Made by a program: the position numbers and the translations under genes. The notes below the pieces were generated by a model. It saw nothing but the letters and a program-made list of their open reading frames with translations, had not been told where the DNA came from and did not search any database. A stretch of 64,000 nt of DNA from a virus: positions 1-64,000 of IMG/VR virus record IMGVR_UViG_3300010413_000015. One strand, 5' to 3'. Positions 17,601 to 27,000 of this stretch are shown here, piece by piece. The number at the start of each line of letters is the position of its first letter. Positions within the stretch are counted from its first letter, which is position 1.

Positions 17601-19563
17601 TGCCCAGACCACTAGTAGTGGCCAATACGTGGCTGCCGGTACCTGGCTGCTCATTGACCCACTTGCTGGTACCCGTGTTCCAGACGAGCGCATCCCCATT
17701 ACTAAGGCTGCCCACATTCACATCTGTGTGCACAGCGCCGTCTGTAAGGCTGTGAGTGCCCGTGCCAGCTTCCAGGTCAATGGCAGTGTCTGTGCCATGC
17801 TTGACCTTCAGATGTCCGTCTGCAGTATCTACGTAGAGCTGCGCCCAACCTGTACCAACTCCCGTGGCACTGACCCCGTCCGTCACAAGAAGGCGTTCCA
17901 GGATGGCATTTCTCCATCTGGACTCCAAGTGACCCAGGTCCGTGCTGTTGTCTGTGGTAGGTACCAGGCTAGACCGGAACTTCCCTGTAGCGTCTAGCCA
18001 CATGGTCCCATCCGCAGTCTTGATTCCCGCAATGTCGATTAGGAGCCCCTGTGGGGGACTTCCAAAGCTAGGGATGAGACCTGGTGTCCAGTCCGAGGGC
18101 CCCCATCCTTGCTCCAACATGGGCCGGTCGAAGCTGAAGTTCGTCGTTGAGGCTTGGGGAGCGCCTATGGACATGGTAATTCTCATGGCTGGGTGGTACC
18201 CGTCTGCGCCGGCAGGCGTAGTAACCTGTTGTGAGAGGCGAATCCACCCATCTCCCACGTCGTCCTCTATAACCTCGCCCACCTCCGTTGCGTAAATCTC
18301 ACTCTCGCCCGTCTTGTACCAGAAAACCTGTGGCGTGATGACGCTGTAGAGGTCTTGTCCTATGAGGGCGGGGTCCAACGATTGTAGAAAGTCCGTGCCG
18401 TAGCTAGGCTTTACGAACACAGATGCTGTAAAACGGTGCCCCTCCTTCGCTGCAAGAGTAATGGGCGCGACGTAGTCAGGCCCAAAGACGATGTCACAGG
18501 TCTGAACTTCACCCGAGGGTACCGTATCTAGATAGGGCCCAAACGTGACCTTAATGCCCTTGCCTCCCCCCAACCCAAAGTCACCGTAGCTCCAGGAGGA
18601 ATAGGGGTTGCTCTGAAACCAGTCCTCAACCCACCAAAAGTCAGGGTAGGACCCGACCTTTCGTTCCCAGTCTGCGTTGTAGGCCATCTGTACGCCCTTC
18701 TTCCGTCGGGCAAACCCTCGAATCCAGGGACTGGCTGCGAAGTCGCTCTCGTTGCCTGCCAGGTCCACACTCGTAAGGTTAAAGTACCGGGGCCGGCCGG
18801 GAGTCATTGAGATGAACACGTGAGAGCTGCTTGCCGTAGTGCTGGCCACAAAATCGTAGCCTCCAGTGGCGTATTCATCATCTGCCACGTACAGCATAAA
18901 GCTGTCGAGGTCGGGCGTCCCTGACTTTTTGGGCCCTGTCCATGCAATGCGGAGCCCGTCAGCCACACTCTCGATAGTCAAGTTCATGGGCGGGACAGGG
19001 GCCATGGTGTCTACAAGTAGCTCCGGACAGACAGACCATGGAGAGAAGTTTCCCCAGCGGTCTATCTCACGAACGCGAACCTGCAGCTTCATTGCCGGGA
19101 ATAGGCTGAGATGCTCCTTTGAGGCCTCGAGTACCGGATAGGGTCCATACCCCCAGGCATGGCCAATCCTTCTGGCATCTACCTGGTAGGTGTCCAGGTC
19201 CATACGCTCTGCTGGGGTCCCTCCAAACTCCCAGACGAAGTAAGTGCCCCGGTGCGTCTGCTTGATGGCCAGTTCTTTGGGCGTTGGTGGCTCAGGCCTC
19301 TTTGCCGTTGCAGCATCCCTGGCTCCTGACCATTCAATGATGCCTGTCACATACCACGTGCCGTGTGCGTCTACCCATGTGAGGAGCACTCGGTCGTTGC
19401 GGTGGATATCCTTTGCTGTCAGGGGGGCAGCTACAGGAACATTGCGGACCAATTGCGTCCGGCCGGTCAGAAGCACCGTGACGGTGCTTTCCCCAACGAA
19501 CATGACCCGGCCAACAGTTGTGCCTATGCTTGATGGTGTCTCAAGGAACGCTGCCTTTGCCAT
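14617..19563 (-). CDS. large tail fibre / host-specificity protein
   Basis: 1648 aa, FN3-like N-terminal domains (VDLAGNES), Gly/Ser/Thr-rich repeats, AVTAEKI motif, position in tail module. Confidence 0.8.
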   Translation of the reverse strand: MAKAAFLETPSSIGTTVGRVMFVGESTVTVLLTGRTQLVRNVPVAAPLTAKDIHRNDRVLLTWVDAHGTWYVTGIIEWSGARDAATAKRPEPPTPKELAIKQTHRGTYFVWEFGGTPAERMDLDTYQVDARRIGHAWGYGPYPVLEASKEHLSLFPAMKLQVRVREIDRWGNFSPWSVCPELLVDTMAPVPPMNLTIESVADGLRIAWTGPKKSGTPDLDSFMLYVADDEYATGGYDFVASTTASSSHVFISMTPGRPRYFNLTSVDLAGNESDFAASPWIRGFARRKKGVQMAYNADWERKVGSYPDFWWVEDWFQSNPYSSWSYGDFGLGGGKGIKVTFGPYLDTVPSGEVQTCDIVFGPDYVAPITLAAKEGHRFTASVFVKPSYGTDFLQSLDPALIGQDLYSVITPQVFWYKTGESEIYATEVGEVIEDDVGDGWIRLSQQVTTPAGADGYHPAMRITMSIGAPQASTTNFSFDRPMLEQGWGPSDWTPGLIPSFGSPPQGLLIDIAGIKTADGTMWLDATGKFRSSLVPTTDNSTDLGHLESRWRNAILERLLVTDGVSATGVGTGWAQLYVDTADGHLKVKHGTDTAIDLEAGTGTHSLTDGAVHTDVNVGSLSNGDALVWNTGTSKWVNEQPGTGSHVLATTSGLGTYHTVSGLTAGQVLRATGATTAAFQQLSHTDLGSVSADQHHAGFVGLEDTSATAVTPAADDRIQLTSANNILSIVAGTNILTFTINQANISHDSIADVSANDHHNQQHTLSGTDHTGDLAWTQIDSLIAAPTISLGTAYAEGSAQTMIRSDATLVVFDTTLPTTIAAGTSSSATGSASVAARRDHTHGIGTAAPSTNLSVSSSNTEGTGTSFSRATHVHAIDSSNSPGATASILATTAAGLLTLQHLTVSGNFSVGKVDSHLIPLLTDTYDLGSSTLLWRKGWLSEMEAILFVENTASVMGGWFIVPHSSGTLAEDVDDTETDIDFGSSLTVNDFILLRGNNQVEYMQVTAFVSGTIYTVTRNLDGSGANAWPQGHVWVNLGYDGDGRVELDAQTGGPRISMIRQGTSYNQQTELVRLGDLNGWGPYSTETWGMAIGNYSGGDYLKYDPTNGLVIAGDGSGVTNINGGNIQTGTVDTDQLTADAVTAEKIDVTNLAAVSASTGALTVDNTLTMSTGAVLKCGATAYDSGTGYWLEYNAGTPRLFLGNASAGKLLWDGSGLKIYSTTSAYIDLSGTTISLYNNSVATLVLQADGDVRFGEYNASKANLFWDADPGDLLLRKGGTDIIKLEGLTGDAIFGQTGSGHANMWWDADGGGSTGQLKFRAGTGTVQLYIDTDGSLVCGAGAIELNALGLTFATGTARANKVTWYDGATYYGGIWTAYGSSIADLYLESTLTTGDARVFLRAVSGATSNYLQIESGTTDRITLWVGASDVLAVEQTTIKIHTATDLYAGAGLRVGDTTNDPPDNDVTIAGGLTVGGTTDPAQGYALVQAGLRVGSLGAGYDNDIILNGGIYAGATDVDPDAGMVQSNVGMSGWFPFGNYALVAYQMTTNGGRPYAGTISRDMTIRSWHQAVWVDTTNNASNYWTINLKNGSGTNRLSFDTSAMSADAWNMYSSTGLSTSLTAASEFMLYVQVAKTGSPGAISLPCPAIFVT
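16832..16844. repeat. dispersed palindrome copy 4
   Basis: TTTCCGACGGAAA inside the tail fibre gene; extends to 11-bp arms (16827-16849). Confidence 0.95.
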
Positions 19564-20114
19564 TATTTCACCTTTGTCCCTATTGCCAGGAAATACAGCG
19601 ATGTAGGTACCGTGCCATTGACGATGTAGGTGAAGCTATCCTTGCTGCCGCCAATGGCATTGACGATTGCATGGGACTCGATTGAGGCCGTGTGCTGTAC
19701 CGTAAGGGTCACAGAAACCACCTCGTCGAACGCAAACCCTGGAGATGCCCCATTCTCACTGAAGTAGATGGTGCCCGAGGACCCCGGGCTGCTCTTCTTC
19801 CCACCGAGGATGACAAACTGCCTTGGACTGGACCCTCCTACATACACCGCACTGTTGTGCCCATGAACTCCACGGTCGTAGCCAGGGCTGTCGTCAAAGG
19901 CCTCCTCCGACCCATTCATGTGGGTTTCGATGTTGGAATGTGTGTGATACAGACCAGAGATAGCGCCTGTTTCCCCCAAGCTGGCGTGGTCTATCGCACC
20001 TCCCTCTCCATCGTGGTCATGGCCACCAGCTTGAGTAAGGTCGTTCCAGATAGCATTGAACTTTGCGGCAGTAATCAACTCACCTGCCACTACCGGAGAA
20101 CTTGTGATAGCCAT
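19563..20114 (-). CDS. minor tail protein
   Basis: GELITAAKFN, GHDHDG and C-terminal YFLAIG motifs typical of tail/fibre proteins. Confidence 0.65.
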   Translation of the reverse strand: MAITSSPVVAGELITAAKFNAIWNDLTQAGGHDHDGEGGAIDHASLGETGAISGLYHTHSNIETHMNGSEEAFDDSPGYDRGVHGHNSAVYVGGSSPRQFVILGGKKSSPGSSGTIYFSENGASPGFAFDEVVSVTLTVQHTASIESHAIVNAIGGSKDSFTYIVNGTVPTSLYFLAIGTKVK

Positions 20115-23100
20115 TACGCAAACTCCTTCTCGTCAAACTTGGCACTGGCGTCGTTGAAGGTAGTAGAATCTACTGAGAAGTCCCTAAGCCGGGTGATGAC
20201 CTCGCAGTCAATGGCAGGTTTCCCCTCCTCATCGGTAGACATGGACCATACAAACGCTGCGACCGCCCGGTCTTCGCTTCGGTCTGCATCGGTCCACCAG
20301 TCCTCAAGGAGAAGTGCCGGGTCTGGTGCGTGTAGCTTGTAGGATACCTCAGACGCCTGTTGTGAAACTAGGACCAGGGCCCTTCGTGCCCCCTCCATTG
20401 CCTCCACTTTCCCGCTGACCAGTGCCGGGTTGGAAATCTGGAGCATCCGGAGCGGCTTGCCTACTGCGGCCTCCCGGTCTAGGAGGTACACCCTGTCCTC
20501 CATGACTTCCATTTCAATGATACTTGCCTTGTCCTGTAGGGACATCTTCTCATCTATGGCTGTGAGGTTGGTCGTGTAGTCCCCACTGTAGTACCCCTGG
20601 CTTCCCTCAAAGCGACTGATGCCCAGGTGCCCATTCTCGTTCTCAACCAGTTTTACCTGCTTGCCTTCAAAGAGCCTTCCCAAAGCCATAGACAGGTCCT
20701 CCCCAGAGTCCCAGGCAAAGGAGTCGAGGACCTCAGAGAACTCCGCATGGCTGCAAGAAGTAGTACTTACACCGTTGACTGCCAGGTACCCACTGGGCCA
20801 TACGTGCTCCAGCGGAAACGCACACATAAGTGACCCCGTGGAATAGGCCGCAATGAAGTCCTTATTCCCTATAACGCGAATGAGGATGTCCCGATTGTCA
20901 TTCCCCTGGTCTGGAGGCCGGAGGTATACCTGCTTCCCGAGATGGGTCTCGACGTACTCCGGACTGGGAGAAGTGTCTCCTGTAGAAGTGATCCTGTACA
21001 GGTCGGCCTGGAGCTCTGCAAGTCTCAGCCGGAATCCAGAGTAGTGAGCGGGGCCGGTGGTGTTCTTGTTTGTCAGCCAGAAGTACACGTCAAGGTAGTT
21101 AGGAGAGTTTGTGAGCTGGTCACCTATCCAGGTCATGTCAATGCTGGTGTTCACCATGACACCATTCGAGACTCCGGGAGTGATAGAAACATCCCCCTGC
21201 ACATCCTCGTCTAGCGTGATGCCGGCGAGCTCGAGGGCATTTCGGGCTATGTCCATGGCGGTCCAGACCGTAGTGTTCTCGTAGAACCAGATCCAGTCAA
21301 ACAGGCACTGGGGAGCTAGTTTGCCGGTGCCGAACTGCTTGTAGACCCCATAGGGAGTGCCGGGGACGGGAACAGAAGTGAAGTCTGGAGTGACATATAG
21401 GATTTCCCCACCATTAGTGGTGGCAACCTGTCGCTCCTGGTTGCCACAGATTAACCACTTGCCTCCTAGTGTCTTTGGGAACGTCTGCCCGGTGTCCTGA
21501 ATCCAGCCCGAGGTTGCACTGTCCACATCGCCATACTTGATGGCTCCCTCATAGTCCTCAAAGTCCTCGACCACAAGGCCGAACTGGTAGTTTGCATCTG
21601 GCCAGGTGGGGGGCACCCAGTCCTCGTCGGCAAAGTCTGTAACCTGGACCCACTCATCGTCCGTACTCTCCCGAAGAATGCGCACTTTGATGAATCCCTG
21701 GTCAGCAGCCACCGTCATTTGGTACCACTCATCTGTGTAGAAGTCAGGTCCTGTCCCCCAGGTGATCGGAGCGCTAACTACACCATCAATCACCTTGCGG
21801 AATACAATCCGCACGGGTCCGCTGTAAATGCGCGAGGCCCCGGCCATGTAGTAATTGTCTTCGTCCTTGTACCAGAAGGCCAGGTAAATGCCTTCCGCAG
21901 CAACCAGGGGCTTGAATCGAGTAGTAAAGAGAAAGCCTGGCGTTCCCAGATTGTGGGGAAACAGCGCAAGGCCGGGCTGCTTGCACCAGAGCTGATACCT
22001 GGCTGACTCAGGGGACTTGTGCGTCACCCAGTCCCCTGTCACCTGGCGTACCGTGAGACGAGGCTGACGATTCTCCATGTTGAAGTCACTGTACAGCCTA
22101 TAGGGACTCTCATACATCTTTGTGCCCAGGGGCCTGTAGCTCAGGGACCCGGTAGCCCTGGCGGTTTTGCCAAGGGCAGTGACGTTATAGGCGCTACCAA
22201 GGGAGGTCTCAGTCAACTCGGCATCCACAACATCTGCTGTGCAGAATAGCCCTGTCTCCCCACTGGCGCCTATGACGACAGACAGCTCGTTGCCGGCAAC
22301 GAGAAACGCCTCGATAGCAGCATCCTCCAACCCTGACGCGATGAACTCGGGCGCACTCCCAGGGCCTGAGTAATTGGCAGCGAATGAGGTAATAGTAGGG
22401 ATGGTGTACCTCTCGGAAGAAGGGTCGGCCCCTATGGTAATATTGGCCTTGGCACGGGCGACAGAGGCATTCCCGATAAGGTAGACGTACTCATCTCCAC
22501 TTCTGTAGAACAACTTGCCTCGCAACTCACTTGAGGTGACGAACCCCTCGTCCCGCCAATCTACCATGTTCTGGCTGGAAATGAGCCCAACGTGCCGGGC
22601 ATAGGGCTCGTCATCCATTCCAACGGCCCACCTGGTGACTGTTGCCCAGGCCCGGTCTCCAATTGTATTCACCCCACTGACCTTAGCCCTCATGTTCCCC
22701 CACTGACTAGACGGAAGAACCTCAAAGGGCGCACTGGTGGCCCAGCTCTCGTGAAACAGGATGCTGGCCGAGCTCTCCGGGCCAAGGGCTTGCAGGACCA
22801 CGCCGGCATTCCCGCCCCAGGGCCGCATGTTTGACGTAGTTGCCAGGCCTACCCCGCCCCACTGGGCATCCATGTTGTGGAAGTCAGTCACTGGATTGGC
22901 CAGGGGGTAGCACTTCGTCGTAGGCCTCCAGTAGACAGGCCAGGTATCGTTGTTGTCCACCAGAGACTCAACAGCAAGCCAGGGCCCTACATAGTAAGTG
23001 GCCACTACGACAATCTCGCCGTCTATGAGAATGGCATTCAGCGAAACCGACGATGGGTCGGCATTGAACCGCTGTGCAGACGGATAGTACCCTCCGGTTA

Positions 23101-23593
23101 CTGGGGTGTGCCAGGTGTTGGTGCTAGGGGTGAACTTGTATCTCTTTATCCCCGAATCAGAGTTGCTCCAGTAGTAGACTCTGTATACCTCTGAGGTATA
23201 GGGGTAGTCTTGGTGCACCGCAATCTTGCAGTAGGGCTTGATGGTGAACGGGGCCGTGGTCTGGGTGAAATTCCAGCTCTCGCTTTGCCCCAACTGTGTG
23301 TGCCGGTAGTACAGCTTGTTGGAAGCAGATGTCCCCCACGAAGCTGGCGAGACCATCTGAAACACCTTATAGGGACTTACTGCATTCCGGACAGAGTCTC
23401 CCCATACAGACTTTCCGGTACGGTCAAAGTAGTCATCACTGACGGCAATCCCACTGAGGGTTGCTTGCTCGACGTACAGAAGATTGCCAAAGTCAAGCCC
23501 GGTCTTGCGGATAGTCGCCATTACTGAAGGCTCAACCACTCTGTCTGCCAGGTACAGGTCGCGTAGGGTGCTGCTTATGGATGCACGACTCAT
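20114..23593 (-). CDS. minor tail (hub/baseplate) protein
   Basis: 1159 aa, beta-rich, second gene after the tape measure. Confidence 0.65.
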   Translation of the reverse strand: MSRASISSTLRDLYLADRVVEPSVMATIRKTGLDFGNLLYVEQATLSGIAVSDDYFDRTGKSVWGDSVRNAVSPYKVFQMVSPASWGTSASNKLYYRHTQLGQSESWNFTQTTAPFTIKPYCKIAVHQDYPYTSEVYRVYYWSNSDSGIKRYKFTPSTNTWHTPVTGGYYPSAQRFNADPSSVSLNAILIDGEIVVVATYYVGPWLAVESLVDNNDTWPVYWRPTTKCYPLANPVTDFHNMDAQWGGVGLATTSNMRPWGGNAGVVLQALGPESSASILFHESWATSAPFEVLPSSQWGNMRAKVSGVNTIGDRAWATVTRWAVGMDDEPYARHVGLISSQNMVDWRDEGFVTSSELRGKLFYRSGDEYVYLIGNASVARAKANITIGADPSSERYTIPTITSFAANYSGPGSAPEFIASGLEDAAIEAFLVAGNELSVVIGASGETGLFCTADVVDAELTETSLGSAYNVTALGKTARATGSLSYRPLGTKMYESPYRLYSDFNMENRQPRLTVRQVTGDWVTHKSPESARYQLWCKQPGLALFPHNLGTPGFLFTTRFKPLVAAEGIYLAFWYKDEDNYYMAGASRIYSGPVRIVFRKVIDGVVSAPITWGTGPDFYTDEWYQMTVAADQGFIKVRILRESTDDEWVQVTDFADEDWVPPTWPDANYQFGLVVEDFEDYEGAIKYGDVDSATSGWIQDTGQTFPKTLGGKWLICGNQERQVATTNGGEILYVTPDFTSVPVPGTPYGVYKQFGTGKLAPQCLFDWIWFYENTTVWTAMDIARNALELAGITLDEDVQGDVSITPGVSNGVMVNTSIDMTWIGDQLTNSPNYLDVYFWLTNKNTTGPAHYSGFRLRLAELQADLYRITSTGDTSPSPEYVETHLGKQVYLRPPDQGNDNRDILIRVIGNKDFIAAYSTGSLMCAFPLEHVWPSGYLAVNGVSTTSCSHAEFSEVLDSFAWDSGEDLSMALGRLFEGKQVKLVENENGHLGISRFEGSQGYYSGDYTTNLTAIDEKMSLQDKASIIEMEVMEDRVYLLDREAAVGKPLRMLQISNPALVSGKVEAMEGARRALVLVSQQASEVSYKLHAPDPALLLEDWWTDADRSEDRAVAAFVWSMSTDEEGKPAIDCEVITRLRDFSVDSTTFNDASAKFDEKEFA

Positions 23594-24039
23594 AGCGGCA
23601 ACCTCTGCACAATGCGCACTTCAGCAATAACCCATGTGCCCAAGGGGTCGTACTCAAACTGTAGATTCAGGTCCCCTCGTAGTTGGCCTGGCCAGTATCC
23701 GTCATCTCCAAATGAGAGGACCTCAAGGTCTGTGGCCAGCCATGCGTCCATAAGGTCATTGGCGTCCCCGACATAGATGTCTTCCTGGCCATCGTTCATG
23801 GTGGGATATGTCCCGTCTGGGGCCTGCACGATAAGCCTACCTGCCCATTGTTTGAAACCTCGTCTTGTGCCGACAGAACTCAGGAGGCGTCCATCATACA
23901 GGGATATGCCATAGCTAGTTGCTCCCTCGAAGATGGGCCCAGAGAAACCTTCTACCAAAACAGCGTAACACCGCTTCGAGGAGCCACTGTCCCACTTTAG
24001 GAAAAGTCCGCCCCTGCTGGTTGGAAACTCTATTGCCAC
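23590..24039 (-). CDS. distal tail protein-like
   Basis: 149 aa immediately downstream of the tape measure. Confidence 0.5.
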   Translation of the reverse strand: MAIEFPTSRGGLFLKWDSGSSKRCYAVLVEGFSGPIFEGATSYGISLYDGRLLSSVGTRRGFKQWAGRLIVQAPDGTYPTMNDGQEDIYVGDANDLMDAWLATDLEVLSFGDDGYWPGQLRGDLNLQFEYDPLGTWVIAEVRIVQRLPL

Positions 24040-27000
24040 AATCCCCCCCTCATTCTCTGCCTGGAGGCAGTCTTGTTCAGCTCTGCCTCAAACTTCCTCC
24101 ATATCTCGGCCGCCAGTTGTCTCTCGTCCTGCCTCCCTCCTTCAACCGAGATAGAGACGTTCATATTTCCGACGGAAAATCCGCTTGCGGTCAGCCTGCG
24201 GAGTGCCATGTTGGGGACAATGGTCCCATTCTGGTCTGGAACGAAAATCTCTGGTCCCACTTCACCCACCAGGTAACTACTCCCGGCTGTGACATCCCCC
24301 CCACCAGCCAGGCTGTTCCCGCTTCCACCTCCATCCCCTTGAGACTGGAACATACGGTTCAGGCGGTTCTCGATGCGGTCCAGAAGGTTCTGCCAGGCCT
24401 TGTCAAGGCTCGAATCCCTCTTGACGCTGCTCTCGAAGTGACCAATTAGGGTGTCCCACTTGCCCCAGAGGTCTCCGTCTTTCGAGAAATCGCTGAGCTG
24501 CTGCCTCAGGAAGGCAGCATAGGCATCTTGGGTCAGGTCCTGCAACCGCTGGTGCTCTATCTGGCCAGGGAAGACCACTTCCTCGAAGTACTTCTGTTCC
24601 TGGGTCATTTGGGCCAGGCGATACATCATATCGTCCTCAGCAATCTCTTGCTGTTTCGCGGCAATCGCCTGCTGCATCGCCGCCATAGCCTCTGCTTCTC
24701 CCATTTGCTCCTGGAGGTGCTTCATTTGCAGTGCAAACGACTCATCCATGTGCTTCTTGGAAAGGTCGAAGTTCTCCTGCATGTGTCGCTTCTGGAGCTC
24801 ATAGTTCTGCGTCATGTGCTCCTTCTGCATCTCAAACTGCTCGGTCTCTAGACGCTTGATATCTTCGTAGTGTGATTCCTGGTCTTTGAATGCCTGCGCC
24901 TGTTGGGCCCACAGCTTCTCCTGTCGCCCTTCCTCAACACCCCTACGCTTCTCAGAGACACCATAGTCCTCTTCCATACGTCCCCGCTGGCGGAGAAGCT
25001 CCTGCTTCTCGCGCCCGGAGGCGAAGCGAATGGCCCGGTTGATATCTTCCATCCCACGGGTGTACTGCACCCCAGCCTGTTGCCGGTTGAACGCCATATC
25101 TTCACGGCCCCAGCGCTGGCCCTGCATCATCTGTTGCCATTGAACACCGAACTGCCTTCTCTGGAACTCGGTGTTGACACCCCACATTCTCTGGCCTAGG
25201 GCAAAAGACGCTTGCTGTTGGGCATAGCCCTGCTCCAGGCTCTCCGTCCCTTGCTGGAAACCAAGGTTCAGCCGTTCCTGGCCCTGGCGATACTGAAGGC
25301 GAGCGCTCTCCATGGCTCGCTCAATACCGGCCCTCTGCTGTTGCGCTGCCATTGCCGCAGCCGCAGCCTGCATTCCGTACAGCTCTCGGGACTGTTCTAG
25401 CTTCAGTTCCGCTCGCTGGATTTGGCCTATCATGCCCATCTGGTAGGTTCTGCCACCATAGCTAGAGGTTGCCCACTGGCCAGTGCCCATGCGGTATGCC
25501 TGGCTCTGGCGTAGTTGGTTCCAGGACAGCGCCCTTGAAGCAAGCTGGCCTATGCCGTAGATACCACCACCAGGCCCTATCTCGTGTAAGGGCATAGCCC
25601 CCTCCACCAGGGGCATCCCCATAGCACTACGGAACCCACCTACGGCCCCCTGTGCCTCTGCGCCAAAGACCCCTTGGGCCGCACTGTATCCCAGGGCAGA
25701 GCTGGCAAAGTTGGCCATCTCCCCAAACTGGGCGTACTCGAAGGGAGTCATCTGTCCAGAGGCTAGTGCTGCCTGCAGGCCCTGCTCAAACTGCCCGGCT
25801 ACTGCCCCGGCCATGCCAAACCCTCTGGCCACAGCTCCTTGGCCCATTACAGACTGGGCCCATACCTGGCGAGCTGCAGGAGAAACGCCACGGGCTGCCA
25901 TTGCCTGAACCCGGCCCTGCAGGGCTCGGGCATTTCCGCCGAGGTACTGGTAGATTTGACCCCCAAGGCCGGCCGCAGCCTCATATTGGGCCATTCCCTG
26001 AGCGCTTTGCCATGGAGCATTGGCCATGAACCCTATGGCTTCTGGACTTCCTGCCGCAAAGCCATACTCTTGTGCCGCACCAACGCCAATGGCTGCCTGT
26101 TCCCTCCGAAGCATCTGCTCTGGGGTTACACCCGGAGGGGTATAGATGACTCGCCCGTCAGGGAGCTCAACCATTTGGCCTTCAAGTTCCTGCTGTAGCC
26201 CCTGATAGTATCGGGCCGCAGCCTCTGGACCAAGGCCGCGCATGTCTGCGAATGTGCGATACTGGCTGGCAATCTGTGCCGTGGCTCCACCAACTGCTGC
26301 GGTCTGAGGACCAAGTGTTTGCCCGATTCTCTGAGCTACTGCACTACCAGGTGTATACCCCATGGCAGAGACAATGGGCTGCATGCCATACCGGGCCTCT
26401 TGAAGAGCTGCAAGCTGGGTGGTTGTGACCCCACCAGCAAGCTGGCCCATGTACTGCTGTAGCATTTGTCCTGATACTCCAACTCCTATCTGTTGGAGTT
26501 GTCCTGCAACCCCTGAGGCCATGAGGAAGTTCTGTTGCCCGGCTGCTGTTGTTGGGATGTAGGGAGACAGGGCCCACATCCCTGCGCCCGTCCCGATCCC
26601 CAGATACTGGCTTACTTGCTTTAGGGTAGAGGCCATCCCGGGAAGCTGCCCACTAATGGCTGCTGGCCCGAGCTGCTTGGCCAGCTCATCTACTCTTCCT
26701 TCGTACACGGCCTTTGGCCCGTATCCGAGCTCGGCCAGATAGCTGAAGGTTTCGTACTTCTTTGCTGGGTCTAGACCTGGAATATCCAGGTTTTCGATGT
26801 GGAGGCTGGCCCGGTCAATCTCTATCTGGCCAGACTTCACATACTGCGCAACACCCTCGCGCAGTTGGCCTGCGTAGTCCTTGTCCAGAATCGAGCGCAA
26901 GCCCATGCCAACCCCTGTCCCAAGAGAGAGGTCGCCCTTGGTAGGCGAGCCCCCACCAGCCATGCCCTTGAGCCAGCTAAAGGCACCTCTCTGCGTCTCA